Origin: Schaalia odontolytica
GTDB lineage: Bacteria > Actinomycetota > Actinomycetes > Actinomycetales > Actinomycetaceae
Assembly (NCBI RefSeq): GCF_005696695.1
Contig: NZ_CP040006.1
Span: 1,140,001-1,172,000 of the forward strand
Reading direction: 5' to 3'
Length of the DNA: 32,000 nucleotides
In this document: piece after piece, positions 25,783-32,000 of the stretch
How the letters are laid out: each line of letters begins with the position of its first letter
How positions within the stretch are numbered: position 1 is the stretch's first letter
Program-made: the position numbers and the translations under genes
Notes under the pieces: model-generated
What the model saw: the letters and a program-made list of their open reading frames with translations, nothing else
Database searches by the model: none
What the model was told of the DNA's origin: nothing

Positions 25783-26880
25783 ATGGCACGCGTCGCAGTC
25801 ATCGGCGGAGGTTACGGAGGCGTCACGGTAGCAAAGGGGCTGGACCCCATCGCAGACGTTGTCCTCATCGAACAGAAGGACCAGTTCGTCCATCACGCAG
25901 CCGCGCTGCGTGCCGCGGTCGACACCGTATGGGAACACGCGATCTTCATGCCCTACACGAACCTGCTGCACCGCGGCGAGGTCGTCCGTGGCACAGTGTC
26001 GCGTGTCGACGGCACGACCGTTCATGTCTTCGGCCACGACCCGATCGAGGCCGACTACGTCGTCTTCGCGACCGGATCGACCTATCCTTTCCCGGCGAAG
26101 TACTCCTCTTACCGCTCGTCCGTGGCGAAGGCTCGCCTCGAGCAGCTGCACGAGAACCTCGGCCGCGCCCGCTCGGTGATGATCGTCGGCGGTGGCACCG
26201 TCGGCATCGAGCTGACCGGCGAACTCGCCAATGCTTTCCCCGGCCTGGACATCACGATCGTCGAGGCCTCCGATCAGATCCTGGGTACGCCCGGCTACAC
26301 CGACGCGCTGCGCAACGAGATCAGTGAGCAGCTGAGCACCCTCGGCGTGCGCGTCGTGACCGGCTCTGAGCTCGCTTACCTGCCCCCGCAGAATGTCGGC
26401 GACCTCGGTCACTTCATGGTCGAAACCAAGAACGGGGAGGTCATCGAGGCCGATCTGTGGTTCCAGTGCTACGGTGCCCGCGCCAACACCGGCTTCCTGA
26501 TCGGCAGCGACTACGAGTCCGTCATGAACCCGAACGGCACCATCCGTGTCGATGGCACCATGCAGGTCGCGGATCACCCGAACGTCTACGCCGTCGGTGA
26601 CCTCACCGATGTGCGTGAATCGAAGCGTGCCGACGCCGCGCGTCAGCAGGCCCGCGTCGTCATCGCGAACATCACCGCCCAGATCGAAGGGGAGAAGCCC
26701 GACGCCATCTACCAGCCGACGAAGGAGTGGGTGATTCTGCCCCTCGGCCCGAACATGGGTGCGTCGCAGCTGCTTGATGCGGACGGGCAGACCCGCATTC
26801 TCGGCGCGGAGCAGACCGCCGAGATCAAGGGAACCGATCTGATGGTGTCCGTTATTCGTTCGCAGCTCAACCTTCCCTGA
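25783..26880 (+). CDS. NAD(P)/FAD-dependent oxidoreductase (pyridine nucleotide-disulfide oxidoreductase fold, AIF/FSP1/NDH-2-like)
   Basis: AAGGAGGA Shine-Dalgarno sequence. FAD site VIGGGYGG, second Rossmann motif IVGGGTVGIELTGEL, and YAVGDL near the C-terminus. No CxxxxC redox disulfide is seen. Confidence 0.85.
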   Translation: MARVAVIGGGYGGVTVAKGLDPIADVVLIEQKDQFVHHAAALRAAVDTVWEHAIFMPYTNLLHRGEVVRGTVSRVDGTTVHVFGHDPIEADYVVFATGSTYPFPAKYSSYRSSVAKARLEQLHENLGRARSVMIVGGGTVGIELTGELANAFPGLDITIVEASDQILGTPGYTDALRNEISEQLSTLGVRVVTGSELAYLPPQNVGDLGHFMVETKNGEVIEADLWFQCYGARANTGFLIGSDYESVMNPNGTIRVDGTMQVADHPNVYAVGDLTDVRESKRADAARQQARVVIANITAQIEGEKPDAIYQPTKEWVILPLGPNMGASQLLDADGQTRILGAEQTAEIKGTDLMVSVIRSQLNLP

Positions 26881-26913
26881 TAAAGTGCCCCGTCTCACGG
26901 TAGAATGACTGTC

Positions 26914-27201
26914 ATGACTGGAGATGCCCGCCGCGCGCTGACGCGCCTGCTCAACGCTTTCGAAAACCACTTCGACATCGCCCGCGATGGAGACGAGGCC
27001 GACGACGCCGCGCTCGAAGCAGCTGAGCTTGCGCTGCGCGACGCGTTCTTCACCTACGACGACATTCTTTTCACTCAGCTGGGCGTGGAATTGCCGTTCG
27101 ACATTCTCGATGACTCCGAGGAAGACGACGATGATTTCGACGATTCCGATGAAGACGATGACGATGAGGAAGAAGACGACTTCATTGAGGTCGACGACTG
27201 A
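26914..27201 (+). CDS. Small conserved-looking protein with helical N-terminal half and extreme poly-Asp/Glu C-terminal tail
   Basis: 95 aa from the ATG at 26914. TAGAAT at 26901-26906 lies 7 nt upstream (leaderless pattern), although the track start of 26905 would sit inside that hexamer. 25 of the last 33 residues are D/E (DILDDSEEDDDDFDDSDEDDDDEEEDDFIEVDD). The function is unknown. Confidence 0.6.
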   Translation: MTGDARRALTRLLNAFENHFDIARDGDEADDAALEAAELALRDAFFTYDDILFTQLGVELPFDILDDSEEDDDDFDDSDEDDDDEEEDDFIEVDD

Positions 27202-27220
27202 TTCGATCATCAGCTTGTTC

Positions 27221-27266
27221 AAGATGGGTGGGGTCCGAACCGCTTGGTTCGGACCCCACCCATCTT
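27221..27266. terminator. Bidirectional 21-bp perfect hairpin between the convergent acidic-protein and aldo/keto reductase genes
   Basis: AAGATGGGTGGGGTCCGAACC gctt GGTTCGGACCCCACCCATCTT. Confidence 0.8.
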
Positions 27267-27302
27267 AACGTGATCAGCGACGTCAATCGCGTGAAGCGCG
27301 CC

Positions 27303-28235
27303 TTACTGAGCTACCTCGGAAAGAACCTGCCGAATGGGCGCCGGCAACGGCTCCGTGTAGTCGAGCAGCGTCTCCAACTGGCGCAGCGTGCGCGGACCGA
27401 CGAGGGCACTGGTGACACCCGGATAATCGCGCACCCACGCAAGTGCCACGTCACCCGTTGAGCGCTCCAGTCCCGCGCCTGCACGCGTGGCAGCCTCAAT
27501 GACGCCGCGCGCCGAGCCCGTCAAGTGACCCTCCACCAGATGGCGAAGATGCGGCGAAGCGGCGCGTGAGTCTGCGGGCGTCGAGTGGCGATACTTGCCC
27601 GTCAGAGCACCGCCAGCTAGTGCGGACGCGGCAATGACGCCGACCCCGTGTTCACTCAGCTCAGCGACCGTCGCCGCCCGCGAGGTATCCGCGAGGGAGA
27701 AGGGGAACTCGACCACCGAGATCGGAGCGCTCGCTCCGAGCACGCCGCGTGTTACGGCCTCGGCAAGCTGCCAATGCGTTGCCCGCGACAGCCCCACGTA
27801 GCGCGCACGGCCAGAGCGATACGCTGCGGTCGCAGCTTCAAGAGTCTCCTCCAGTGGGACCTCCGGGCGAGGCTCCACCATCCACACGTCCACGTAGTCG
27901 GTGTCCAACCGTGCGAGGGCATCATCGAGACTGCGCAGCAGATCGCCGCGCCCCGCAGCGCTCACCCACGCGCCTTCGGAGGCCCGGCGTACGCCTCCGC
28001 GCCACGCGACTGCCACGCGGTGCCGACCAACAGCTGCGATGGCTTCGGACAGGATGTCCACCGCCATGCCGTCACCATGGGACGCGGAACATTCCACGAG
28101 ATTGCCGCCCGCGTCGACGAAACGGCGCAGCATGTCGAGCGCTTCGGGGCCGTCAGTGTCGCGCCCCCAGGTGAGCGTGCCGATACCAATGGCCGACAGG
28201 TAGAGCCCGGTGCGGCCGCATTGCTTCAAGTCCAT
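27303..28235 (-). CDS. Aldo/keto reductase family oxidoreductase
   Basis: 310 aa with AKR (TIM barrel) pattern: GLYLSAIGIGTLTWG, FVDAGGNLVECSASHGDG, DYVDVWMV, RYVGLS. It starts 4 nt after the upstream nuclease stop. Confidence 0.85.
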   Translation of the reverse strand: MDLKQCGRTGLYLSAIGIGTLTWGRDTDGPEALDMLRRFVDAGGNLVECSASHGDGMAVDILSEAIAAVGRHRVAVAWRGGVRRASEGAWVSAAGRGDLLRSLDDALARLDTDYVDVWMVEPRPEVPLEETLEAATAAYRSGRARYVGLSRATHWQLAEAVTRGVLGASAPISVVEFPFSLADTSRAATVAELSEHGVGVIAASALAGGALTGKYRHSTPADSRAASPHLRHLVEGHLTGSARGVIEAATRAGAGLERSTGDVALAWVRDYPGVTSALVGPRTLRQLETLLDYTEPLPAPIRQVLSEVAQ

Positions 28236-28239
28236 GCAT

Positions 28240-29094
28240 CTAGCCTAGCCGAGTCCGCAACAGCCACCGTGCATGTTGCTCGGGCAGCGGGGGAGTGGTT
28301 CCGCCGAACACCGGGCAGAGCGCACGCACCCCGCACCAGTTGCACAGGGGATTCTTGCGCGGCGCAAAGGAGTCGTTCTCAATGTCGCGTGCAATCGAGT
28401 CCCAGAGCTGGTCAATGTGACGCTCAAAATTCGCGATGTCACCCGCTTCGGGATCAAAGGTGATGACCTGGCCGGCCTTCAGATAGACGAGCTGCATGCG
28501 AGAGGGCAGCACCTGAGTGCGCGCGAGAAGTAGGGCGTAGAAACGCAGCTGGTACAGGGCCTCGTCGACGTAGCGCGGGCCGGGAGCCTTCCCGGTCTTG
28601 TAGTCCACGACCCGAAGCCGTCCGTCGGGGGCACGGTCCACACGGTCGATGAAACCGAGGAGCCGCACGCCGCCCGAGGTCGTCGTCGTCACGCGCTGCT
28701 CGAGCGCTGCGGGCGCAATCCACTGAGGCTGCTCGATCGCAAAGTACCCATCGATGACCGCACGTGCCTCATCGAGCCACGCGTCACGGTCCGCATCGTC
28801 GCTGAACAACGCGGGAACCTCCGGGTTCTTCGATGCCAAGGCCTCGTATTGGGGTCCTACCTGGCTGCGCGCGGCCTCAGGTGTACGCTGCTGCGCGGGC
28901 AGAGCGAAAAGATGTTCCAGCACCGCGTGCACGATTGTGCCCAGGGCCTTCGCGCGCGTTTCCGGTTCACGGTATCCGTCCAGGACGTGAAGACGGTACT
29001 GCAGGGGGCAGCGCTCGTATTCCTTCGCTCGCGAAGCCGAGAGTGCGGGCTCCCACGTGCGCTCGGCCGCCGAAGGGGTGATCAGGTCTGTCAT
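28240..29094 (-). CDS. PD-(D/E)XK (RecB/Cas4-like) nuclease family protein with a 4-Cys cluster
   Basis: I moved the start to MTDLITPSAAERTW. Nuclease core GFIDRVDR...LRVVDYKTGK, N-terminal Cys (YERCPLQY) and C-terminal CNWCGVRALC. This is the arrangement seen in Fe-S-containing Cas4/AddB-type nucleases. The gene is divergent from trmI, as in mycobacteria (Rv2119/Rv2118c as I recall). Confidence 0.78.
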   Translation of the reverse strand: MTDLITPSAAERTWEPALSASRAKEYERCPLQYRLHVLDGYREPETRAKALGTIVHAVLEHLFALPAQQRTPEAARSQVGPQYEALASKNPEVPALFSDDADRDAWLDEARAVIDGYFAIEQPQWIAPAALEQRVTTTTSGGVRLLGFIDRVDRAPDGRLRVVDYKTGKAPGPRYVDEALYQLRFYALLLARTQVLPSRMQLVYLKAGQVITFDPEAGDIANFERHIDQLWDSIARDIENDSFAPRKNPLCNWCGVRALCPVFGGTTPPLPEQHARWLLRTRLG

Positions 29095-29197
29095 GAATAC
29101 CACGCTAACCCCTCCCGCCCTCATCTGTGTCCTGCCATGGGCGCAGCTGGTGGCAAGCGCTATCCTTTACGTAATGACTATTCAGCGTAATACTTCA

Positions 29198-30223
29198 ATG
29201 TCGGCCAATGATTTTGGCCAGCCCACCCGCCGAGGCGTCCTTTCCGAGGGCGATCGCGTGCAGGTTCGCGACCCCAAGGGACGCTTCCACCAGGTGATTC
29301 TCGTGAGCGGTGGTCGTTTCCAATCCAACCGCGGCGGATTCAACCATAACGACGTCATTGGCCGTCCCGACGGCCAGGTGATTGTCACGGAGGAGGGCCG
29401 CCAGTTCCAGATCCTGCGGCCCCTGCAGGTCGACTATGTGATGTCGATGCCCCGCGGCGCCGCAGTCGTCTATCCCAAGGATGCAGGGGTCATCACCCAC
29501 ATGGGCGATATCTTCCCCGGCGCGACCGTCGTCGAGGCCGGCGCGGGTTCCGGTGCGCTGTCGATGGCTCTCCTTGATGCCGTTGGCCCGCAGGGTCGCC
29601 TTATCTCTGTGGAGCGCCGCCAGGACTTTGCTGACATCGCGGCCGCCAACGTCGACCTGTGGTTTGGCCGCCGCCATCCCGCATGGGACCTGCGCGTCGG
29701 TGACGTCGACGAGGTACTGTGGTCGGCCGAAGAGGGCAGCGTCGACCGGATCGTGCTCGACATGCTTGCTCCCTGGGAGAACATCGAGGCCATCACCCAT
29801 GCACTGATTCCGGGCGGCGTGCTCGTGTGCTACGTCGCGACCGTCACGCAGATGTCACGTCTCGTTGAGGATCTTCGCGCCTCCGAGCGTTTCACAGACC
29901 CGATCGCCTGGGAGGACATGCGCCGCGAGTGGCACCTCGACGGCCTGGCGGTGCGCCCTGAGCATCGCATGGTGGCTCACACCGGTTTCCTCGTGGTCAC
30001 CCGCCTCCTCGCGCCTGGCGTCACGCCGCAGGAACGTGCAACGCGTCCGGCGAAGGCAGCTGAAGGCCAGGGCGGCGCGTGGGACGACGAGCAGGACTGG
30101 TCGCTGGAGAAGGTCGGTCAGCGTGTGAACTCCGAGAAGAAGGTTCGCAAGGTCCGCCGCGACGTCGTCGCGCAGGCCGACACGTGGGCGTCGGAGGGAC
30201 GTGAGGCAGCAGCTGATGAGTGA
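29198..30223 (+). CDS. trmI: tRNA (adenine58-N1)-methyltransferase TrmI
   Basis: I chose the start MSANDFGQPTRRG. N-terminal beta domain (GDRVQVRDPKGRFHQVIL), SAM site VVEAGAGSGALSMAL, and DRIVLDMLAPWE. An alternative start is the ATG at 29174. Confidence 0.88.
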   Translation: MSANDFGQPTRRGVLSEGDRVQVRDPKGRFHQVILVSGGRFQSNRGGFNHNDVIGRPDGQVIVTEEGRQFQILRPLQVDYVMSMPRGAAVVYPKDAGVITHMGDIFPGATVVEAGAGSGALSMALLDAVGPQGRLISVERRQDFADIAAANVDLWFGRRHPAWDLRVGDVDEVLWSAEEGSVDRIVLDMLAPWENIEAITHALIPGGVLVCYVATVTQMSRLVEDLRASERFTDPIAWEDMRREWHLDGLAVRPEHRMVAHTGFLVVTRLLAPGVTPQERATRPAKAAEGQGGAWDDEQDWSLEKVGQRVNSEKKVRKVRRDVVAQADTWASEGREAAADE

Positions 30224-31760
30224 GGTCGAAGCCCGTCAGGCTCTCGAACGGCGCCTGATATCTCTGGAGGAAAAGAACGGCCGCCTCACCACCGCGCTGA
30301 CGACTGCGCGCACCGAGTTGATTCGGCTCCAGGGTGAGCTGGCGGACGTGTCGCGTCCTCCGCAGACTCTGGCGACGTTCGTGCGGGCGTTTCCCGCGTC
30401 CCGTCAAATCGAGGTCGTCACGGGCGGTAAACGCATGCGCGTTGCCGTCACCCCGAAGCTCGATGTCACTGACCTGTCGTACGGGCAGTGGGTGCGTCTC
30501 GACGACACGATGATCGCCGTGGCAGCGGATGACTTCCCACGCAGCGGGCAGGTCGTGTCCGTGCTCGAGCTCGTCGGCGCCGACCGCGTGCTCGTGGCGA
30601 CGGAAGGCGGAGCGGAGACCCTCCTCGAGCTGGCCGGCCCTCTGCGCCACGGAAACCTGCGCCCCGGCGATTCTCTCGTCGTGGACGCCCGCTCGGGCAT
30701 CGCGTTTGAGCGCATCGTACGCGAGGATGTCGAGCAGCTGCTCACCCCCGAGGTTCCCGACGTCACGTACGAGGACATCGGTGGTCTCGACGATCAGATC
30801 GCGCAGGTGCGCGACTCGATCGAGATGCCCTTCAACCATCCTGAGCTGTACCGCCAGTTTGGCCTGCGTCCGCCCAAGGGCATTCTTCTGTACGGGCCTC
30901 CCGGCTCGGGCAAGACCCTGATCGCGAAGGCCGTTGCCAACTCGCTGTCGAAGCGCGGAGGAGCCTCGACGTTCTTCCTGTCGATCAAGGGCCCCGAACT
31001 GCTCAACAAATTCGTCGGTGAAACCGAGCGCCAGATTCGCGCCATTTTCGCTCGTGCGCGAACCCTCGCAGCCGGCGACACCCCCGTTGTCATCTTCTTC
31101 GACGAGATGGAGGCCCTGTTCCGCACGCGTGGCACGGGCGTTTCCTCAGACGTCGAAACGATGATCGTTCCGCAGCTGCTCGCCGAGATGGATGGCGTCG
31201 AATCCCTCGACAACGTCGTGATCATCGGCGCCTCCAACCGCGCGGACATGATCGACCCGGCCGTGTTGCGCCCGGGGCGCCTCGACGTGCGCATCCGCGT
31301 GGATCGCCCCGACCGCGCGGGCGCCCTCGACATCTTCTCGAAGTATCTAACGCCCCAGGTGCCGATCCATGCCTCGGAAATCGAGCGTTTCGGCGGCATT
31401 AACGAGGCTGTGGCGGGCATGAGAGAACGTGCAGTCGACGCGCTCTACGCGCGCAATGAGACGACGGCGCTCTTCCTCGCAACCCTGGTGAACGGCGACC
31501 ACAAGCGCATCTACCTGTCTGACCTTGTGTCCGGCGCTCTCATTGCCGGCATCGTCGAACGCGCAAAGAAGTACGCAATCAAGGACGCGCTGACGGGCGC
31601 CTCTTCCGGGCTGAGCATGAATCATCTGCTGCGCGGGGTGCACGAGGAGATGAACGAGTCCCTCGAACTCGCGGCCACCTCCTCGCCGGAGGACTGGGCT
31701 CGTACGAGCGGACTGGCTCCTGAAATCGTCAGCGTGAAGCCGATTGGAACAGTGAAATGA
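30216..31760 (+). CDS. arc: AAA+ ATPase ARC (Mpa homolog; pupylation-pathway unfoldase)
   Basis: N-terminal coiled coil (EARQALERRLISLEEKNGRLTTALTTARTELIRLQGEL), OB region, Walker A GPPGSGKT, Walker B VIFFDEMEA. Its start overlaps the trmI stop. The C-terminus reads ...SVKPIGTVK, with no GQYL/HbYX. Confidence 0.9.
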   Translation: MSEVEARQALERRLISLEEKNGRLTTALTTARTELIRLQGELADVSRPPQTLATFVRAFPASRQIEVVTGGKRMRVAVTPKLDVTDLSYGQWVRLDDTMIAVAADDFPRSGQVVSVLELVGADRVLVATEGGAETLLELAGPLRHGNLRPGDSLVVDARSGIAFERIVREDVEQLLTPEVPDVTYEDIGGLDDQIAQVRDSIEMPFNHPELYRQFGLRPPKGILLYGPPGSGKTLIAKAVANSLSKRGGASTFFLSIKGPELLNKFVGETERQIRAIFARARTLAAGDTPVVIFFDEMEALFRTRGTGVSSDVETMIVPQLLAEMDGVESLDNVVIIGASNRADMIDPAVLRPGRLDVRIRVDRPDRAGALDIFSKYLTPQVPIHASEIERFGGINEAVAGMRERAVDALYARNETTALFLATLVNGDHKRIYLSDLVSGALIAGIVERAKKYAIKDALTGASSGLSMNHLLRGVHEEMNESLELAATSSPEDWARTSGLAPEIVSVKPIGTVK

Positions 31761-32000
31761 GTAGCGAACGCATTATCGGAACCGAGACCGAGTACGGGGT
31801 GTACCGTCCCGGAGACACGTGGGCAAACCCGATCGCCCTGTCGACGAAGGTCGTCACCACGTACGGCGAGATCAGCCGCGCGGGCACGCCGGCCCAGGGT
31901 GCCGGCGTCGTCCGGTGGGACTACACGGGGGAGGACCCGCTCAACGACCTGCGCGGTATGCGCATGTCCCGTGCTGCGGCAGACCCGTCGTTGCTCACTG
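31757..32000 (+). CDS. dop: Pup deamidase/depupylase Dop (or PafA-family ligase); N-terminal 81 codons, continues off window
   Basis: Its ATG overlaps the arc stop (ATGA). My translation MSSERIIGTETEYGVYRPGDTWANPIALSTKVV... matches the (I/L)xGxETEYG N-terminus of the Dop/PafA carboxylate-amine ligase family. Position immediately after arc favours Dop. Confidence 0.7.
   Translation, partial: MSSERIIGTETEYGVYRPGDTWANPIALSTKVVTTYGEISRAGTPAQGAGVVRWDYTGEDPLNDLRGMRMSRAAADPSLLT

Noticed and set aside
25717-27222. 501-aa ORF on the minus strand spanning the flavoprotein and acidic-protein genes
   Set aside because: It is exactly antisense to two plus-strand genes that have clear family motifs, Shine-Dalgarno or promoter signals and a terminator. 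Its translation is motif-free (Val/Gly/Arg/Asp-rich, with an Ile/Val/Phe run that mirrors the poly-D/E tail). This is a typical high-GC shadow ORF.
24373-27266. Possible genomic island integrated at tRNA-Leu
   Set aside because: There is no integrase or recombinase, no direct repeat of the tRNA 3' end downstream, and no obvious compositional shift. The genes look like ordinary chromosomal housekeeping or stress genes.
1-32000. Scan for CRISPR arrays, IS elements, rRNA, toxin-antitoxin pairs or recognisable phage-defence operons
   Set aside because: I found no spaced direct repeats, no transposase- or integrase-like ORFs and no small paired ORFs. The SNF2 and PD-(D/E)XK genes sit in conserved housekeeping synteny (helZ-like and Rv2119-like) rather than next to methyltransferase, ATPase or other defence partners.

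Overview
This is a high-GC (about 63-66% by eye) actinobacterial chromosomal core region. Gene content and order look Actinomycetaceae- or Corynebacteriales-like, but I cannot name the species. I see no transposase, integrase, prophage gene, CRISPR array or rRNA.

Gene order, left to right:
- yhhQ-like transporter (partial)
- ABC-F ATPase
- Polar amino-acid ABC importer operon with two tandem paralogous lipoprotein binding proteins
- DUF4191 membrane protein
- Degenerate membrane-anchored kinase-like protein
- lpd-sucB (E3-E2 of the 2-oxoacid dehydrogenase)
- Small membrane protein
- PEBP/YbhB-trmL
- imuA'-imuB followed directly by a SWIM/SNF2 helicase
- Zn-dependent alcohol dehydrogenase (ADH)
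- dnaE2
- HAD hydrolase
- MarR regulator
- tRNA-Leu(GAG)
- DsbA-like/MazG-like pair
- AIF/FSP1-like flavoprotein
- Small protein with a poly-Asp/Glu tail
- Aldo/keto reductase
- Cas4/RecB-like nuclease
- trmI-arc-dop (start of the pupylation locus)

Most interesting observations:
1. The SOS mutasome is split. Two near-identical Cheo-type LexA boxes sit in front of imuA' and dnaE2. A SWIM/SNF2 helicase appears to be co-transcribed with imuA'-imuB.
2. A conserved palindrome, ATATGCA-N6-TGCATA, lies in front of both paralogous binding-protein genes.
3. A kinase-like protein with degenerate catalytic motifs sits where lipB/lipA normally lie.
4. The ARC ATPase lacks the proteasome-docking C-terminus.

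Many long ORFs in the supplied track are antisense shadow ORFs typical of high-GC DNA, and I rejected them. Coordinates of features outside the ORF track (tRNA, hairpins, boxes) were read by eye and may be off by 1-2 nt.
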